NCBI GenBank assembly: GCA_019136675.1
Contig: JAGVTV010000004.1
Span: 11,010-75,009 of the forward strand
Origin: Bacteroidota bacterium
GTDB taxonomy: Bacteria; Bacteroidota; Bacteroidia; Chitinophagales; Saprospiraceae
DNA length: 64,000 bases
Direction of reading: 5' to 3'
Below are positions 62,024-64,000 of this stretch, one piece after another (positions within the stretch are counted from its first letter, which is position 1; the number at the start of each line of letters is the position of its first letter). The notes below the pieces were generated by a model. It worked only from the letters and a program-made list of their open reading frames with translations. It had not been told where the DNA came from and did no database searches. The translations under genes were made by a program, and so were the position numbers.

Positions 62024-62773
62024 TTAATACAAGCCGGGCACCAGTCTCCGGGTCCTCGCTATATAGGAAGCGTATTCAGGATCCTCCTTGAATTTCTTTT
62101 TGTTTTCCTTTTCAATCAGGGGAATGCCGCTTATAGCTGTGAGCAAGATGATAATCCAACCCGGACTAATCACAGAGACCCATTGCCAGCCGGTCAGTAT
62201 GGGGCTTACATACCAGAATACAGATACCCAGATCAGGATCTCGCCGGTATAATTGGGATGCCTGATATACTTATACATGCCGTGAAATATAAATGCGTTT
62301 GGCGAATTGTTGCTTTTAAAAATAAACTTTTGCCAGTCAGCCACTGACTCAATGACCATTCCTGCACCCCAAAGTAAAAGTGCCGGAATACATACTTCTA
62401 TGCTTTGGGCTAAAAGTCCAAACAACACAGGCAAAATAATGATGGTAATGCTGAGGGACTGAAGTAGCCAGAATTTCAGAAAACCGGAAGAACTTGAACG
62501 AAATGCATCAAATCTTTTATCCTTTCCCATCTTAGTGATCCGGTAAAATAGAAACCCGCCCAACCTCAAGCCCCATAAGATCACCATCATGGACAAGACC
62601 AGCCGCCCGGGACTAAGGACTCCGAAGTCAAAAAGAAACCACGCGGTCACCGCAATAAAGCACAGGCTGTAACTGATATCCGTGAGGTGGTCACTTTGTT
62701 TTTTGTACGCCCAGATATAGGCAAGGATATTGACCAGGGTGATGATGAAAAAGGATGTTAGGATAGAAGCCAT
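62024..62773 (-). CDS. DUF1295 / steroid 5-alpha-reductase-like membrane protein
   Basis: 249 aa polytopic protein with GMYKYIRHPNYTGEILIW near the C-terminus. Confidence 0.75.
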   Translation of the reverse strand: MASILTSFFIITLVNILAYIWAYKKQSDHLTDISYSLCFIAVTAWFLFDFGVLSPGRLVLSMMVILWGLRLGGFLFYRITKMGKDKRFDAFRSSSSGFLKFWLLQSLSITIIILPVLFGLLAQSIEVCIPALLLWGAGMVIESVADWQKFIFKSNNSPNAFIFHGMYKYIRHPNYTGEILIWVSVFWYVSPILTGWQWVSVISPGWIIILLTAISGIPLIEKENKKKFKEDPEYASYIARTRRLVPGLY

Positions 62774-62882
62774 GAGCAGGAAACATGGTTCTGCAGTTTA
62801 TGTTCTCCGGACAGTAATATCTTTTAAGGGGAAAATCTGCCCAAGCACAGATTCCCCCTTATGTTTTGTTTTACCGATTGTT

Positions 62883-63614
62883 TTACTTACAATTTGGTTC
62901 GCAGCAATCCTTGCACTCCATTTCAAGCCGGAGTGTCACACCTGCATAGGGGCTGCTGAAATTCAATTTTTCCTTGAAAGCCAGCGAACCGGCCATTCTC
63001 CATTGGGCAGGGACATTTGCCATATAGCCTCCGTTAAAGAGTACATTAAGTCGCCTGTCCTCAATTTTAAAGCCCACCCCGATTTCGAGTCCCAGATCAC
63101 CGGACAGAACAAAATTATCGAGGAAGTAATTTTCCACCTCAGAGCCCAGGACGGAGCTTATGGAATTGGAAACCACACCTTTGGCTATATTCATACGGTA
63201 ATAACCACCACCCAGCTCAACGTAGGGTGCCAGGGTAACGGTTGAATTTTTTATGATGTTGTAACGAAAGTCTTCCTTGACACCAAAGCCCGTCACAGAT
63301 ACATAATTGGTATTGGTCAATGTTCCGAGCTGCTGATAATAAAAGATCTTGGGCAGGTTAAAAAGTCTTACCTGATATTCCAGAGCTGTTTCGTCAAGGA
63401 CAAACCCATTGGACCCAAGAGACGTTACAGAATTTTTCAGGGGTGAAAAATAATATCTTCCTCCGGCCGAAACTGTGTTTTTGTAGCAGGATTCGCATTT
63501 CATCGTCATGCTGGAATCTATTACCACCAAATCAGTTTTGACCATGTTTTCCTGACAAAAGGCAAAAGTCACAACCCAGGTTACGATTACTAAAGAAAAG
63601 AAAATACGTTTCAT
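62883..63614 (-). CDS. Hypothetical secreted, possibly outer-membrane beta-barrel, protein
   Basis: 243 aa with a signal peptide (MKRIFFSLVIVTWVVTFAFC) and alternating hydrophobic beta-strand-like pattern with aromatic strand ends. The C-terminus CKDCCEPNCK is Cys-rich. I recognise no family. Confidence 0.5.
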   Translation of the reverse strand: MKRIFFSLVIVTWVVTFAFCQENMVKTDLVVIDSSMTMKCESCYKNTVSAGGRYYFSPLKNSVTSLGSNGFVLDETALEYQVRLFNLPKIFYYQQLGTLTNTNYVSVTGFGVKEDFRYNIIKNSTVTLAPYVELGGGYYRMNIAKGVVSNSISSVLGSEVENYFLDNFVLSGDLGLEIGVGFKIEDRRLNVLFNGGYMANVPAQWRMAGSLAFKEKLNFSSPYAGVTLRLEMECKDCCEPNCK

Positions 63615-63640
63615 ATTATTACAGATTTAGTTAAAAAATT

Positions 63641-64000
63641 CTATTCAAGGCATCCCTGCAGAATCCTCAGGGTTATGAGATAGGTGGGTTTGACCCCGTC
63701 GAGGCCCAGACTACCTGATGCCAGTGTGCTGCCTGTTTCCAATGGATTGTCTGAAGCGTAATAGGCATACCTGAGTTTTACATCGGGGCTGATACTCTTG
63801 CGGATGCACCTCGCAGCCTGTACAGCTTTCTGATAGTGTGCCCCTTCCATCTCCAGGCCTACCGCCTTCCACGAAGACTTGAGGAAATAGGTCAGGATAT
63901 CCTTGTTTTGCAGAGAGGTACCCAGTACGGTGATCATATTGCCTTCGTATACGCCGAGGCCATGACCCTCAAACTGAGATATATTAAGGGCATTTTCAAA
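63641..64000 (-). CDS. Partial CDS (5' end beyond the window), nucleoside-phosphorylase-superfamily-like
   Basis: The frame stays open from 63937 to 64000 (FENALNISQFEGHGLGVYEGN precedes the track's internal Met). The GLEMEGAHY motif resembles the E-M-E motif of PNP_UDP_1 family enzymes. The assignment is weak. Confidence 0.4.
   Translation of the reverse strand, partial: FENALNISQFEGHGLGVYEGNMITVLGTSLQNKDILTYFLKSSWKAVGLEMEGAHYQKAVQAARCIRKSISPDVKLRYAYYASDNPLETGSTLASGSLGLDGVKPTYLITLRILQGCLE

Overview
This 64-kb chromosomal window comes from a member of the Bacteroidota. The evidence is four proteins with type-A T9SS C-terminal sorting domains, the phylum-typical -7 promoter box TAnnTTTG upstream of many genes, Bacteroidota-style ExbD/TonB/FecR proteins, and little Shine-Dalgarno usage. 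Most of it is densely packed housekeeping DNA: nadE, pheS, rsgA, murA, an aromatic amino-acid operon (pheA, aminotransferase, tyrA, DAHP synthase/chorismate mutase), mnmG, malic enzyme, rlmB, thrABC, nadB, one tRNA(CAU), polA, mtaB, a class A PBP and pepD. I saw no CRISPR array, transposase, integrase, prophage or recognisable defence system. The accessory-looking parts are: (i) 1-3.9 kb, three secreted or T9SS proteins, including a tail-fibre/Hep_Hag-like repeat protein that runs off the window edge and is missing from the ORF track; (ii) 32.9-33.5 kb, a DUF559 endonuclease-like ORF boxed in by palindromic 39-bp repeats; (iii) 26.3-29.9 kb, an M36 metalloprotease; (iv) 47.5-51.8 kb, a giant HYR-like adhesin. 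The best-supported unannotated element is a 22-codon Phe/Tyr/Trp-rich leader ORF plus terminator/antiterminator just upstream of pheA, a classic attenuator that falls below the 60-aa ORF cut-off. I found no convincing multi-gene novel system. The findings below are individual oddities ranked honestly. Several ORF-track starts use TTG/GTG and over-extend the gene (tyrA, polA, pheA, rsgA, the HAD protein, the SDR protein). I corrected these where ATGA overlaps, terminators or conserved N-termini justify it.
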